Origin: a virus
Lineage: Duplodnaviria > Caudoviricetes
Reading direction: 5' to 3' (one strand)
Length of the DNA stretch: 64,000 nt
IMG/VR virus record: IMGVR_UViG_2518645549_000001
Location: 32,001-96,000 of that record
The translations under genes were made by a program, and so were the position numbers. The notes below the pieces were generated by a model. The model did no database searches, was not told where the DNA came from, and saw only the letters and a list, made by a program, of their open reading frames with translations. Position 1 is the first letter of the stretch; each line of letters begins with the position of its first letter. This document shows positions 55,845 to 64,000 of the stretch, piece by piece.

Positions 55845-56269
55845 GCCATGCACGAGCCCGCCAGGCCATCGAGATCAAGCTGATGGCCTGGGCTGCGGGG
55901 CGCCCGATCCGGGTCGCGAACTTCGAGCAGGGTTTCGAGGCCTTGCCGGGAGAAACATACCTGCAGGCTTACCAGCTGCCTGGGGCAACCATCTGCCGTT
56001 ACTTGGGTGGCGAGGCCTACGAGTACACCGGAATCTACCAAGTCAGCATCACCTGCCCGGCGGGCCAGGCCTTGGTGACCGCCGAATCGCTGGTAGATGA
56101 GCTCAGCGCCCTGTTTCATGTCAATTCTAAGCTCAGCCGCAACGGTTTCGAGGGAATGGTCACCGAGCCAGTTGACCAAGGCCCAAGCATCCCCGAGTCG
56201 GCGACCTACACGGTGCCGGCCAGCTTCACCTACCGCGGTGTCGCGGACCAATCGCCCGCTGGGGCATAA
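55841..56269 (+). CDS. Tail terminator (DUF4128-like)
   Basis: GIYQVSI..PAG.; synteny. Confidence 0.75.
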   Translation: MSHARARQAIEIKLMAWAAGRPIRVANFEQGFEALPGETYLQAYQLPGATICRYLGGEAYEYTGIYQVSITCPAGQALVTAESLVDELSALFHVNSKLSRNGFEGMVTEPVDQGPSIPESATYTVPASFTYRGVADQSPAGA

Positions 56270-56308
56270 CCAACCGCCGCCTGGCGGGCTTTCAAGAGGA
56301 AACAACCC

Positions 56309-56968
56309 ATGGCCGCACGCTTCCCGCTGCCGAACGGCTCCGTGCTGGAAATCGCTAGCGTACTCGCCGCTGCCGTCGCCTACACCGCTCTAACCAACGC
56401 TGCGCCGCCTGTGGCCAGCGCGGCAGGACACACCATTAAGAACGGCGATGTTCTAGTCGTCAGCTCAGGTTGGTCGCTGATCAACGACCGCGCTGTCCGG
56501 GCGGCCAGTGTTGCCGCCGACAAATTCTCGCTCGCTGGACTGAACACAACCAACACCGATAAATACACCGCCGGGTCGGGTGTGGGCTCTGTTATCCCGG
56601 TGACCAACTGGGCTCAGATCTCGAAGGTAACCGCTTTCACCTCTTCGGGCGGCGAGCAGCAGTACCTCACGGTCGGGTACCTGGAGGACGACGACGATCG
56701 CCAGTTCCCCACCAATCGCAACCCGATCACGCTGTCGATCACTGTCGAGGATCAGCCTGCGGCTGCCTACGTGGGCCTGGTCGAGGCCTATGGCGATAGC
56801 AAGGAACTGACCGTGGTGCGCCTGAAGTTGCCAAATGGCGACCAGATCCTTTACCCGGGTTACGTGAGTATCACCACCACCCCGACGATGGAGCGTAACA
56901 ACCTCATGACCCGCACCATCAGCATCGCGCTGTCGGCGCGTCCGGTCCGTTACTTGGCTGGCGCATAA
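56309..56968 (+). CDS. Major tail tube protein
   Basis: LPNGS, ISKV...SSGGEQQY, PT.RNP. Confidence 0.85.
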   Translation: MAARFPLPNGSVLEIASVLAAAVAYTALTNAAPPVASAAGHTIKNGDVLVVSSGWSLINDRAVRAASVAADKFSLAGLNTTNTDKYTAGSGVGSVIPVTNWAQISKVTAFTSSGGEQQYLTVGYLEDDDDRQFPTNRNPITLSITVEDQPAAAYVGLVEAYGDSKELTVVRLKLPNGDQILYPGYVSITTTPTMERNNLMTRTISIALSARPVRYLAGA

Positions 56969-56977
56969 GGAGCCCCC

Positions 56978-57361
56978 ATGGCGAAGATCAAAATCGCGCA
57001 AGACCCGACGTTCATTGCCGAGGTGCAGGTTCCTCGAATCGGTGGAGAGCCAGTGCCGGTGGAATTCGAGTTCCGCTATATGGATCGCGTGACGCTGGCC
57101 GGCATGTTTGATCGCTGGAACAAGGCTCGCGACGCTTGGGCGGAGCAGGCCAGGGCCGACAACGCTACGTGGGAAGAGGTGACCGCTGGCGAAATCGCTC
57201 TGCAGGCCGAGCAACTGGGCGAAATCGTCACAGGGTGGGACTTGGAGGACAAGTTCAGTCAGAAGGCGATCCTCGAGCTGGTCCGTACCTGCACGGGTGC
57301 ACCTAAGGCCGTCATCGACGCCTTCCAAGCTGCTTACAGCCCGGCCCGATTGGGAAACTGA
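56978..57361 (+). CDS. Tail assembly chaperone G
   Basis: PTF.A.V.., ends RLGN at slippery G GGA AAC. Confidence 0.85.
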   Translation: MAKIKIAQDPTFIAEVQVPRIGGEPVPVEFEFRYMDRVTLAGMFDRWNKARDAWAEQARADNATWEEVTAGEIALQAEQLGEIVTGWDLEDKFSQKAILELVRTCTGAPKAVIDAFQAAYSPARLGN

Positions 57362-57675
57362 GGGCGGCGGCCCGGGCCTGTTATGAGCGTGGGCCATCTG
57401 CCGAGCAACTGGCCCCGCTGGGGCTGACCCTGGCTGACATTCCTGAAGAGGAAGTGGAGGTTTGGCCTGACGCTTGGCCAGCCTTTCGGCTTTTCGACGC
57501 GATGGGCACGCAGTGGCGGGTTGGAGCGGGCGGCCCGTCTGGCCTGGACTACACCGCCATCCCCGCAACAGCCTCGATGCTCGGCATCAAGCGCCGCGAC
57601 CTCACCGACATTTTTCCCGACCTCCGCGTCATGGAGGTTGAGGCCTTGGCCGTCATGGCCGAATCCATGGAGTAG
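57352..57675 (+). CDS. Tail assembly chaperone GT extension via -1 frameshift
   Basis: GGGAAAC at 57352-57358; -1 frame open to TQWRVG..GLDY..LRVME.EAL. Confidence 0.85.
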   Translation, partial: GKLRAAARACYERGPSAEQLAPLGLTLADIPEEEVEVWPDAWPAFRLFDAMGTQWRVGAGGPSGLDYTAIPATASMLGIKRRDLTDIFPDLRVMEVEALAVMAESME

Positions 57676-57678
57676 ATC

Positions 57679-60600
57679 ATGACCACCATTGCCTCTCTCG
57701 GTCTTCAGATCGACTCCGGCGATGCTGTCGAGGCCAAGGATAACCTCGACCAGCTGACGGACGCCGGCAAGCGCAGCGAGGAGTCGGCAGGGCGAACTGG
57801 GCGCGCCTGGGAGACTGCCCTGGGCAGCCTGCAAGGTGACACCCGCCAGATCGTCCAGGAGCTGCAGTCACTCAACGCCAAGCAGGCCGAGCTGGCGCAG
57901 CAGATGGCCACCGTGGGGCGCGCTGTTACCAGTGCCTCAACGGCGTTTAGCAGTGCCGCAGCGAATATGGGGGCGTTCCGAGCCGAAGCCGCTCAGGCGG
58001 GTAAGGTTCAGGAAACGCTGACCAGTGCCACAGATGCCGGTGCCCAAGCCGGCCGGCGCGCTGCCGAATCCGCCGACGAGCAGCAGGCCAGGATTCTGGC
58101 CGTGGCCAAAGCCTCGATGGAGGCCAGCCAGTACATTCAGTCGCTCAACCGGGCCACCGAGCATACAGCCGAGGTCACTTCCCAGGCGAACGCTGTCCTG
58201 TCCGACAGCGCAAGTCGGCAGGCTGCCATCAACAGCCGGGCCCAGGCCCTCATTGCCACAGAAAAGCGCCAGGCGGAGGCGGCGAAGAAGGCAGCCGGCG
58301 CGCATCGGGAAGAAGGCCAGGTGCTGGAAGAGCTGCTGGGCAAGATCGACCCGACCGTCGCAGCTATGAGCCGGCTGGATCAGATGGAGCAAAAGCTGAA
58401 GGGCTTCCGCACCAGCGGCGCTCTCGATTCGGAGACCTTCGGCGAGTACCAGGCGAAGATCGACCAGGCGCGCACCGCATTGGGCGGCGCCGATATTGCA
58501 CTGAACAAGACGGGTATGACGGCCAAGGCCACTGCAGCAGCACTGCGCGGCGTACCGGCCCAGTTCACCGATATCATGGTGTCCTTGCAGGGTGGCCAGG
58601 CTCCGCTCCAAGTCTTACTGCAGCAGGGCGGGCAGCTCAAGGACATGTTCGGCGGCGTGGGCCCAGCCATTCAGGCGCTGGGCGGCTACGTCCTTGGCTT
58701 GGTGAACCCGTTCACCGTCGCAGCGGCGGCGGTCGGCGTGCTCGGATATGCCTACTACTCGGGCAGCGAAGAGGCGGTCGGTTTTCAGAAAGCGCTGATC
58801 ACCACTGGCAACGCGGCCGGCACGACGTCGGACCGGCTTTCCGGCATGGCGCGCGAGGTAGCGGCCACTGTTGGGACCACTGGCGCCGCAGCAGAAGTGC
58901 TTACCCAGTTGGCCAGTAGCGGCAAGGTCGCTTCCGAGAGTTTCGTCGAGATCACTGAGGCTGCCCTAGAGTGGCGCTCGGCGACCGGCAAGGCAGTCGA
59001 GGAGACCGTTGCCGAGTTCGTGAAGATCGGCAAAGACCCGGTGGCCGCCGCCAAAGACCTCAACGAGCAGTACAACTTCCTGACGGCTTCGACCTATTCG
59101 CAGATCGTTGCGCTGAAGGAGCAGGGCGACACCATCGGGGCCGCCAAGCTGCTCACCGACACCTACGTCGACACCATCAAGAACCGCAGCAAGGAGGTCA
59201 CTGAGAACCTTTCCATCTGGGAGCGCGGCTGGAAGGCGCTACGTGGCGAGGTTGCTGCCACGGTCGATTCGGTCAAGAACATTGGTCGAGACCAGGACAT
59301 CGCGAGTCGGATCGTCGACCTGCAGCGCCAGGTCGCTGCGGCACAGAGCGCTGTGAATGCCGATGCAGATGACAGCGATGCTCAGAAAAAGCTGACCAAC
59401 GCTAGCCTTGAGCTGAAGGGGCTTATCCAGCAACGTGACACGCTTGCAGCAATCGCCAGCGCCCGCGCCTTGGACGCCCAGCAGCAACAGGCAGCTGTAG
59501 TTGCAATCGGCAAGATCGACGCTTTGGAGAAGTCCGCTAGGACAAACGCCGAGAAGCGGGCCGATGCGCTGAAGGAATACAGCAAGTCCCTAGACGCCAT
59601 CCGCAAGGTCAACCCAAATGATGAGCGGCTGAAGCCCGAGAATATCACCCGGGTGCAGGCCGACATCGCCAAGCAGTTCAAGGATACGACCGGCCGGACA
59701 GGATCGGTCGACCTCTCAGGTTTCAACGACCAGAAGAACGCGCTGAGCGCCATCCTGGCCGAGTACAAGAATCATCAGAAAGAGCTGGATGCGGCGCAGA
59801 AGGCCGGGCTTATCTCACAGGAGTCGTATACCGCCCAACGCGCTGCGATCATCGAGCAGCAGAAGGCCGAGGTCACGAACGCCTACGAGGCAGAGATCAA
59901 GGCGCTGGAGGAGGCCAAGGGGCGAAGCAGTACCAGCGCCCAGCAGCGTATCCAGCTGGACCAGAAGATCGCCGATGCCCGGGCCGCTATGGTCAAGGCT
60001 CAGAAGGGCGCCGATACAGAGCTATCAGTGCTGGCGACCAATGAGCAGGGCCGGCTGGCCCAGCAGGCTAGAGCAGTGCAGACTTACACCGACGCCCTTG
60101 ACCAGCAGGCCCTGGCGCTGAGGCTACAGGGTCAGCGCTCCGCTGATGGCCTTGGGCTCGGCGACCGCCAGCGCGGCTTGCAGGATCAGCAGAACGGCAT
60201 CACTGATCGGATGAACCAGCAGCGACTGGATCTGGCCAATCAGTACGGTGATGGCTCTCGTGGCATGAGCCTTGATGAGTACAACCAGAAGTTGGCGGCC
60301 CTGAACAAGACCGAGAAGGACCTGCAGGAATCCACCATCGCCAACTACTACCAGATGACCGCCGCCCAAGGCGACTGGCGCAAGGGGGCGTCTTCGGCCT
60401 TCCAGAATTACCTGGACCAGGCCCGGGATGTCGCCGGGCAGACGAGGTCCCTGTTCACGAATGCGTTCAACTCGATGGAGGATGCGGTTGTGAACTTCGC
60501 CATGACCGGCAAGTTCTCGTTCGCGGACTTCACCAAGTCGGTGCTGGCAGATATGGCTCGTATCGCGACACAGCAGGCTGCTTCTGGCCTGCTGGGAAGT

Positions 60601-61140
60601 CTAGTGAGCTGGGGCGTATCGGCTGCTTCTGCCTATTTCGGCGGCGGCACCGGTAACGGCATGGAGGCAGGCTCTGCAGGTGCGGTGTCGTCCAACCTTG
60701 GCGCGTCGCAGGCCGGCTATTCCAGCGCCTACTTCCCGCAGGCGTTGGGTGGCGCCTGGTCGAACGGCGTTCAACTATTCGCCAATGGTGGCGCCTTCAC
60801 CAACTCCATCGTGAGCACTCCGACCGCTTTCGGCATAGCCGGTAGCAAGTTGGGAGTGATGGGAGAGGCTGGTGACGAGGCTGTCATGCCCCTTACGAGA
60901 ACGGCAGGCGGCCAGCTTGGAGTGATGGCGGTTGGTGGCGGTAGCGGTGGAACGGCGATCAGCGTGTCCGCGCCGGTTAGCATAGTGGTGGAGGACAGGA
61001 GTAGCGAGGGCATGCAACTCGATCAAGCGCTACTCCAGCAGAACATGCAGAAGCAAATGCAGATGGCTGCCGAGAAAGCGGTCGCTGACTCATGGCGTCC
61101 AGGTGGCGTCAGCCATCGCAATACCAGCGGGAGGCGCTGA
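57679..61140 (+). CDS. Tape measure protein
   Basis: 1153 aa, PAQFTDI..LQGGQ..LLQQGGQLKDMFGG, MGEAGDEAVMPL. Confidence 0.93.
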   Translation: MTTIASLGLQIDSGDAVEAKDNLDQLTDAGKRSEESAGRTGRAWETALGSLQGDTRQIVQELQSLNAKQAELAQQMATVGRAVTSASTAFSSAAANMGAFRAEAAQAGKVQETLTSATDAGAQAGRRAAESADEQQARILAVAKASMEASQYIQSLNRATEHTAEVTSQANAVLSDSASRQAAINSRAQALIATEKRQAEAAKKAAGAHREEGQVLEELLGKIDPTVAAMSRLDQMEQKLKGFRTSGALDSETFGEYQAKIDQARTALGGADIALNKTGMTAKATAAALRGVPAQFTDIMVSLQGGQAPLQVLLQQGGQLKDMFGGVGPAIQALGGYVLGLVNPFTVAAAAVGVLGYAYYSGSEEAVGFQKALITTGNAAGTTSDRLSGMAREVAATVGTTGAAAEVLTQLASSGKVASESFVEITEAALEWRSATGKAVEETVAEFVKIGKDPVAAAKDLNEQYNFLTASTYSQIVALKEQGDTIGAAKLLTDTYVDTIKNRSKEVTENLSIWERGWKALRGEVAATVDSVKNIGRDQDIASRIVDLQRQVAAAQSAVNADADDSDAQKKLTNASLELKGLIQQRDTLAAIASARALDAQQQQAAVVAIGKIDALEKSARTNAEKRADALKEYSKSLDAIRKVNPNDERLKPENITRVQADIAKQFKDTTGRTGSVDLSGFNDQKNALSAILAEYKNHQKELDAAQKAGLISQESYTAQRAAIIEQQKAEVTNAYEAEIKALEEAKGRSSTSAQQRIQLDQKIADARAAMVKAQKGADTELSVLATNEQGRLAQQARAVQTYTDALDQQALALRLQGQRSADGLGLGDRQRGLQDQQNGITDRMNQQRLDLANQYGDGSRGMSLDEYNQKLAALNKTEKDLQESTIANYYQMTAAQGDWRKGASSAFQNYLDQARDVAGQTRSLFTNAFNSMEDAVVNFAMTGKFSFADFTKSVLADMARIATQQAASGLLGSLVSWGVSAASAYFGGGTGNGMEAGSAGAVSSNLGASQAGYSSAYFPQALGGAWSNGVQLFANGGAFTNSIVSTPTAFGIAGSKLGVMGEAGDEAVMPLTRTAGGQLGVMAVGGGSGGTAISVSAPVSIVVEDRSSEGMQLDQALLQQNMQKQMQMAAEKAVADSWRPGGVSHRNTSGRR

Positions 61141-61478
61141 TGGCCATCGAAAAATTCAGCTGGCCAACCCAGCGCGGGGAAACGCCGGAGATCAGCTACC
61201 GAACCCGCGAGTCACGCTTCGGCGGCGGGTATCGACAGGTTGTCGGCGACGGACCCAATAACAAGGAAGACAGCTACCCCATCACGGTTACCGGCACGAA
61301 GGCTCAGGTCCGCAAGGTAATGGAGTTCTTCGACCGGCACGGTGGCGCCAAGGCCTTTCTTTGGTCTACGCCGCTCGGTGATCTGGGGCTGTTTACCTGC
61401 AAGGATCCAAAGCCTACCCCGGTGGGTGGCGGGCGATTCAAGGTTGCCGCCACTTTCGAGCGGGCATTTCATCCGTAA
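61140..61478 (+). CDS. Minor tail protein M-like
   Basis: FGGGY.Q...DG.N, AFLW.TP. Confidence 0.85.
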   Translation: MAIEKFSWPTQRGETPEISYRTRESRFGGGYRQVVGDGPNNKEDSYPITVTGTKAQVRKVMEFFDRHGGAKAFLWSTPLGDLGLFTCKDPKPTPVGGGRFKVAATFERAFHP

Positions 61479-61487
61479 GGAACCACC

Positions 61488-62237
61488 ATGTCACTGATCA
61501 AGGACATCCAGACCCTGGAACCTGGCAGCGAGGTATTGCTGTTCGAGCTGGATGGCTCGGACTTCGGTGCCGACATGCTGCGCTTCCATGGCCATGCAAT
61601 TCCGCATACCCCCGAAGAACTGGCGGCGGCCGGCGCGAATGCCGACCAGTTGCTGGCGAAGTCAATCTGGTGGCAGGGCAATGAGTACGGTGCCTGGCCC
61701 ATGCAGATCGATGGCATTGAAGCGAACTCGGATGGTACGGCCGTACGCCCGACGCTGACTGTCGGCAACGTCAACGGCAGGATCACGGCGCTGTGCCTGG
61801 CGTTCGACAACCTGCTCGAGTTTAAGCTGACCATGCGCCACACCATGGCGCGTTACTTGGACGCGGTAAACTTCCCTGCAGGCAACCCTGAGGCCGATCC
61901 GACCGAGGAAGCGATCGAAGTCTGGTACATCGACCAGAAAGTATCGGAGAACGGCACCACGGTTGCCTGGGAGTTGGCTAGCCCGGGGGATGTGGGCGGC
62001 GAGACAATCGGGCGTCAGATGACCCAGCTTTGCCATTGGGCAATGACCGCCGGCTACCGAGGCCCGAATTGCGGCTACACCGGCCCCTACTTCGACCTTG
62101 ACGGCAATCCCACCGACGACCCCGCCAAGGACAACTGCAATGGCTGCCTCGACACGGGGTGCACTGCTCGCCACGGGCAGGGCAACCAACTGCCGTTTGG
62201 CGGGTTCCCGGCTGTATCCCTGATCGCACGGAGTTGA
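61488..62237 (+). CDS. Minor tail protein L-like
   Basis: LFELD, IWWQG.EY, C..YRG..CGY.G, FGGFP. Confidence 0.9.
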   Translation: MSLIKDIQTLEPGSEVLLFELDGSDFGADMLRFHGHAIPHTPEELAAAGANADQLLAKSIWWQGNEYGAWPMQIDGIEANSDGTAVRPTLTVGNVNGRITALCLAFDNLLEFKLTMRHTMARYLDAVNFPAGNPEADPTEEAIEVWYIDQKVSENGTTVAWELASPGDVGGETIGRQMTQLCHWAMTAGYRGPNCGYTGPYFDLDGNPTDDPAKDNCNGCLDTGCTARHGQGNQLPFGGFPAVSLIARS

Positions 62238-62239
62238 TC

Positions 62240-62995
62240 ATGCGCAAACACATCCTCGCCGCCATGCAAGCCCACGCTGCGGCAGATTACCCACGCGAGT
62301 GCTGCGGGCTGATCATCGCCGTCGGCCGCTCCCACCGCTACATCCCATGCGGTAACACCGCGACCGATCCCGCAGAGGAGTTTCGTATCTCGCCGGAAGA
62401 CTACGCGGCGGCCGAGGACAAGGGCGAGGTGATCGGCATCGTGCACTCACATCCGGACGCCACCAGCAGACCGTCGCCGCGGGATCTGGCCATGTGTGAG
62501 GCCACCGGCTTGCCCTGGCACATCCTGTCGTGGCCTGAAGGTGATCTGCGCACTATCACGCCAACCGGTCACACGCCGCTGCTGGGGCGTCCTTTCGTGC
62601 ACGGCGCCTGGGATTGCTGGCAAGTCTGCGCGGACTGGTACAACCGCGAGTGGGGACTGGAATTCCCAACCTATGCCCGGGAAGAAGGGTGGTGGGAACA
62701 GATGGACGGCCCGAGCCTCTATGAGCAGGCATACGAAGCGGCCGGCTTTTACAAGGTGAGCCAGGCGCAGCGAGGCGACATGGTCGTCATGGCTGTGGGG
62801 CGCACCGCCCATCCCAATCACGCCGGCATTTATCTGGGCGTGGATGCGCAACTGCCTGAGGAGCACGCCCAGGTCTTCGGTCATGGGCCCTTCATGCTGC
62901 ACCACCTGCTGGGGCGGCCATCAGAAATCATCGTGTTCGGCGGCCCTTGGCTAGCCCGGGCTCGGCTTGTGCTGCGTCACCGAGACGCCAAGTGA
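62240..62995 (+). CDS. Tail assembly protein K-like (JAB + NlpC/P60)
   Basis: PRECCG, VHSHPD..PS..D, DCW, NHAGIY, MLHH. Confidence 0.9.
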   Translation: MRKHILAAMQAHAAADYPRECCGLIIAVGRSHRYIPCGNTATDPAEEFRISPEDYAAAEDKGEVIGIVHSHPDATSRPSPRDLAMCEATGLPWHILSWPEGDLRTITPTGHTPLLGRPFVHGAWDCWQVCADWYNREWGLEFPTYAREEGWWEQMDGPSLYEQAYEAAGFYKVSQAQRGDMVVMAVGRTAHPNHAGIYLGVDAQLPEEHAQVFGHGPFMLHHLLGRPSEIIVFGGPWLARARLVLRHRDAK

Positions 62996-63025
62996 TACAT
63001 TCAGCGCTTTTCAGGGAGGGATCAC

Positions 63026-63448
63026 ATGCGAATTCTGATCGGGGCATTGGGCCTGGCTTTGCTGGCTGGGTGCGCATCTTCTGCAATCTCGGTCAATAAA
63101 GCGGAACCGGTACCGGCCGACGAGCTTTACGCCTACCAGGCAAAGCCTGTAGGAGACAGCGGAACGCTCACTGTCGTTCGAGACGCTGGGTTCGTGGGAT
63201 CTGGATGCGATGCGGTCGTCTATATCGATGGCGTGAAGGCAGCGAAAATCGGTACGGGGCAGCGGGCAACCTTCTTTCTTCCTGTAGGTAATCCTAACCT
63301 CGGGGTCGGATTCGCAGGCCAGGGCCTATGTATGGGGGTCGCAATTCGGACTATCACAGGCAGCGTAACGTCTGGCGCAGAGAGTACGTACAGCATTTCG
63401 GGAGACATGAACGGCATCTACATAGGACCGTACATCGATTACAAATGA
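63026..63448 (+). CDS. Lipoprotein moron between K and I
   Basis: Lipobox LLAGC, VVRDAGFVGSGC...YIDG; own terminator. Confidence 0.75.
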   Translation: MRILIGALGLALLAGCASSAISVNKAEPVPADELYAYQAKPVGDSGTLTVVRDAGFVGSGCDAVVYIDGVKAAKIGTGQRATFFLPVGNPNLGVGFAGQGLCMGVAIRTITGSVTSGAESTYSISGDMNGIYIGPYIDYK

Positions 63449-63451
63449 ATA

Positions 63452-63473
63452 GACCGCCTCCGGGCGGTTTTTT
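63452..63473 (+). terminator. Intrinsic terminator
   Basis: ACCGCC/GGCGGT + T-run. Confidence 0.75.
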
Positions 63474-63490
63474 ATTGCTCGGAGAAGAGT

Positions 63491-64000
63491 ATGGCTGGCA
63501 CAGCAGCACAAAAACAGCCTTTGACACTGATCAAACTGTCTGGGTCTCTAGCCCAAAAATTTGGTCGCACACACCGCCGACACATAGACAGCGGTCAGAC
63601 ATGGGAAGTCTTCAAGGCTCTCAAGGCCACGCTCGAAGGTTTCGAAACGGAGATCAGGCGTCTGGATCGGCTAGGCATGCGGTTCGCCATTTTCCGCAAC
63701 CGCCGAAATGTAGGGATCGACGACCTTGGGCGCCGAGGTACTCAGGAAGTACGTATCGTGCCAGTAGTAGAGGGCAGTAAGCGAGGGGGAATATTGCAGA
63801 CCGTACTTGCCGCAGTCTTGATAGTGGTTGGCGTGGTCACGCAGCAGTATTGGTTGGTTCAGACCGGGGTTGCTCTCGCCATTGGTGGTGTCATCCAGAT
63901 GCTTAGCCCCCAAGCCAAGGGCCTATCCCAGAGCGCCGCCCCTGAAAACCTGCCGTCGTACGCCTTCGGCAGCGCCAAAAACACCACCGCAAGTGGCAAC
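63491..64000 (+). CDS. Tail assembly protein I-like (runs off window)
   Basis: IKLSGSLAQKFGR, RIVPVVEGSKRGG.LQ, QMLSPQ, PSYAFG. Confidence 0.88.
   Translation, partial: MAGTAAQKQPLTLIKLSGSLAQKFGRTHRRHIDSGQTWEVFKALKATLEGFETEIRRLDRLGMRFAIFRNRRNVGIDDLGRRGTQEVRIVPVVEGSKRGGILQTVLAAVLIVVGVVTQQYWLVQTGVALAIGGVIQMLSPQAKGLSQSAAPENLPSYAFGSAKNTTASGN

Larger units (their letters stand above)
18516..64000. mobile_element. Prophage 2 (lambdoid siphovirus, continues past window)
   Basis: int-xis-early left-cI/cro-O/P-nin-Q-holin-head-tail order. Confidence 0.92.

Noticed and set aside
57352-57358. Frameshift site as a novelty or lesion
   Set aside because: Canonical lambda-type G/GT programmed -1 frameshift

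Overview
GC-rich, Pseudomonas-like DNA made entirely of two tandem prophages joined at a duplicated 3' half of tRNA-Cys(GCA) (~18468-18515). Prophage 1 (1-~18515, right end only) is a contractile-tailed phage. It has a macrodomain gene among the neck genes, then sheath, tube, tape measure with lysozyme domain, baseplate and a short fibre. A TerS/TerL pair is unusually placed after the fibre, followed by a beta-helix tailspike, an antisense low-GC heparinase II/III-like moron, endolysin and spanins. Prophage 2 (~18516-64000, continues beyond the window) is a lambdoid siphovirus. Its early region holds an integrase with a nonsense codon, a C5 methyltransferase containing a nested overprinted gene, a PAPS-reductase-family gene, many antisense morons (including a frameshifted HEPN/AbiV-like gene), Erf/exonuclease, a WaaZ-like glycosyltransferase next to cI/cro, and O/P, nin and Q. 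Its late region holds a structured leader with a degenerate tRNA-Gly, holin, an acb2 anti-CBASS gene broken at the K26 codon, an Ntn-hydrolase, and head and tail genes up to gpI. All family assignments come from motif recognition and synteny by eye; no database search was run.
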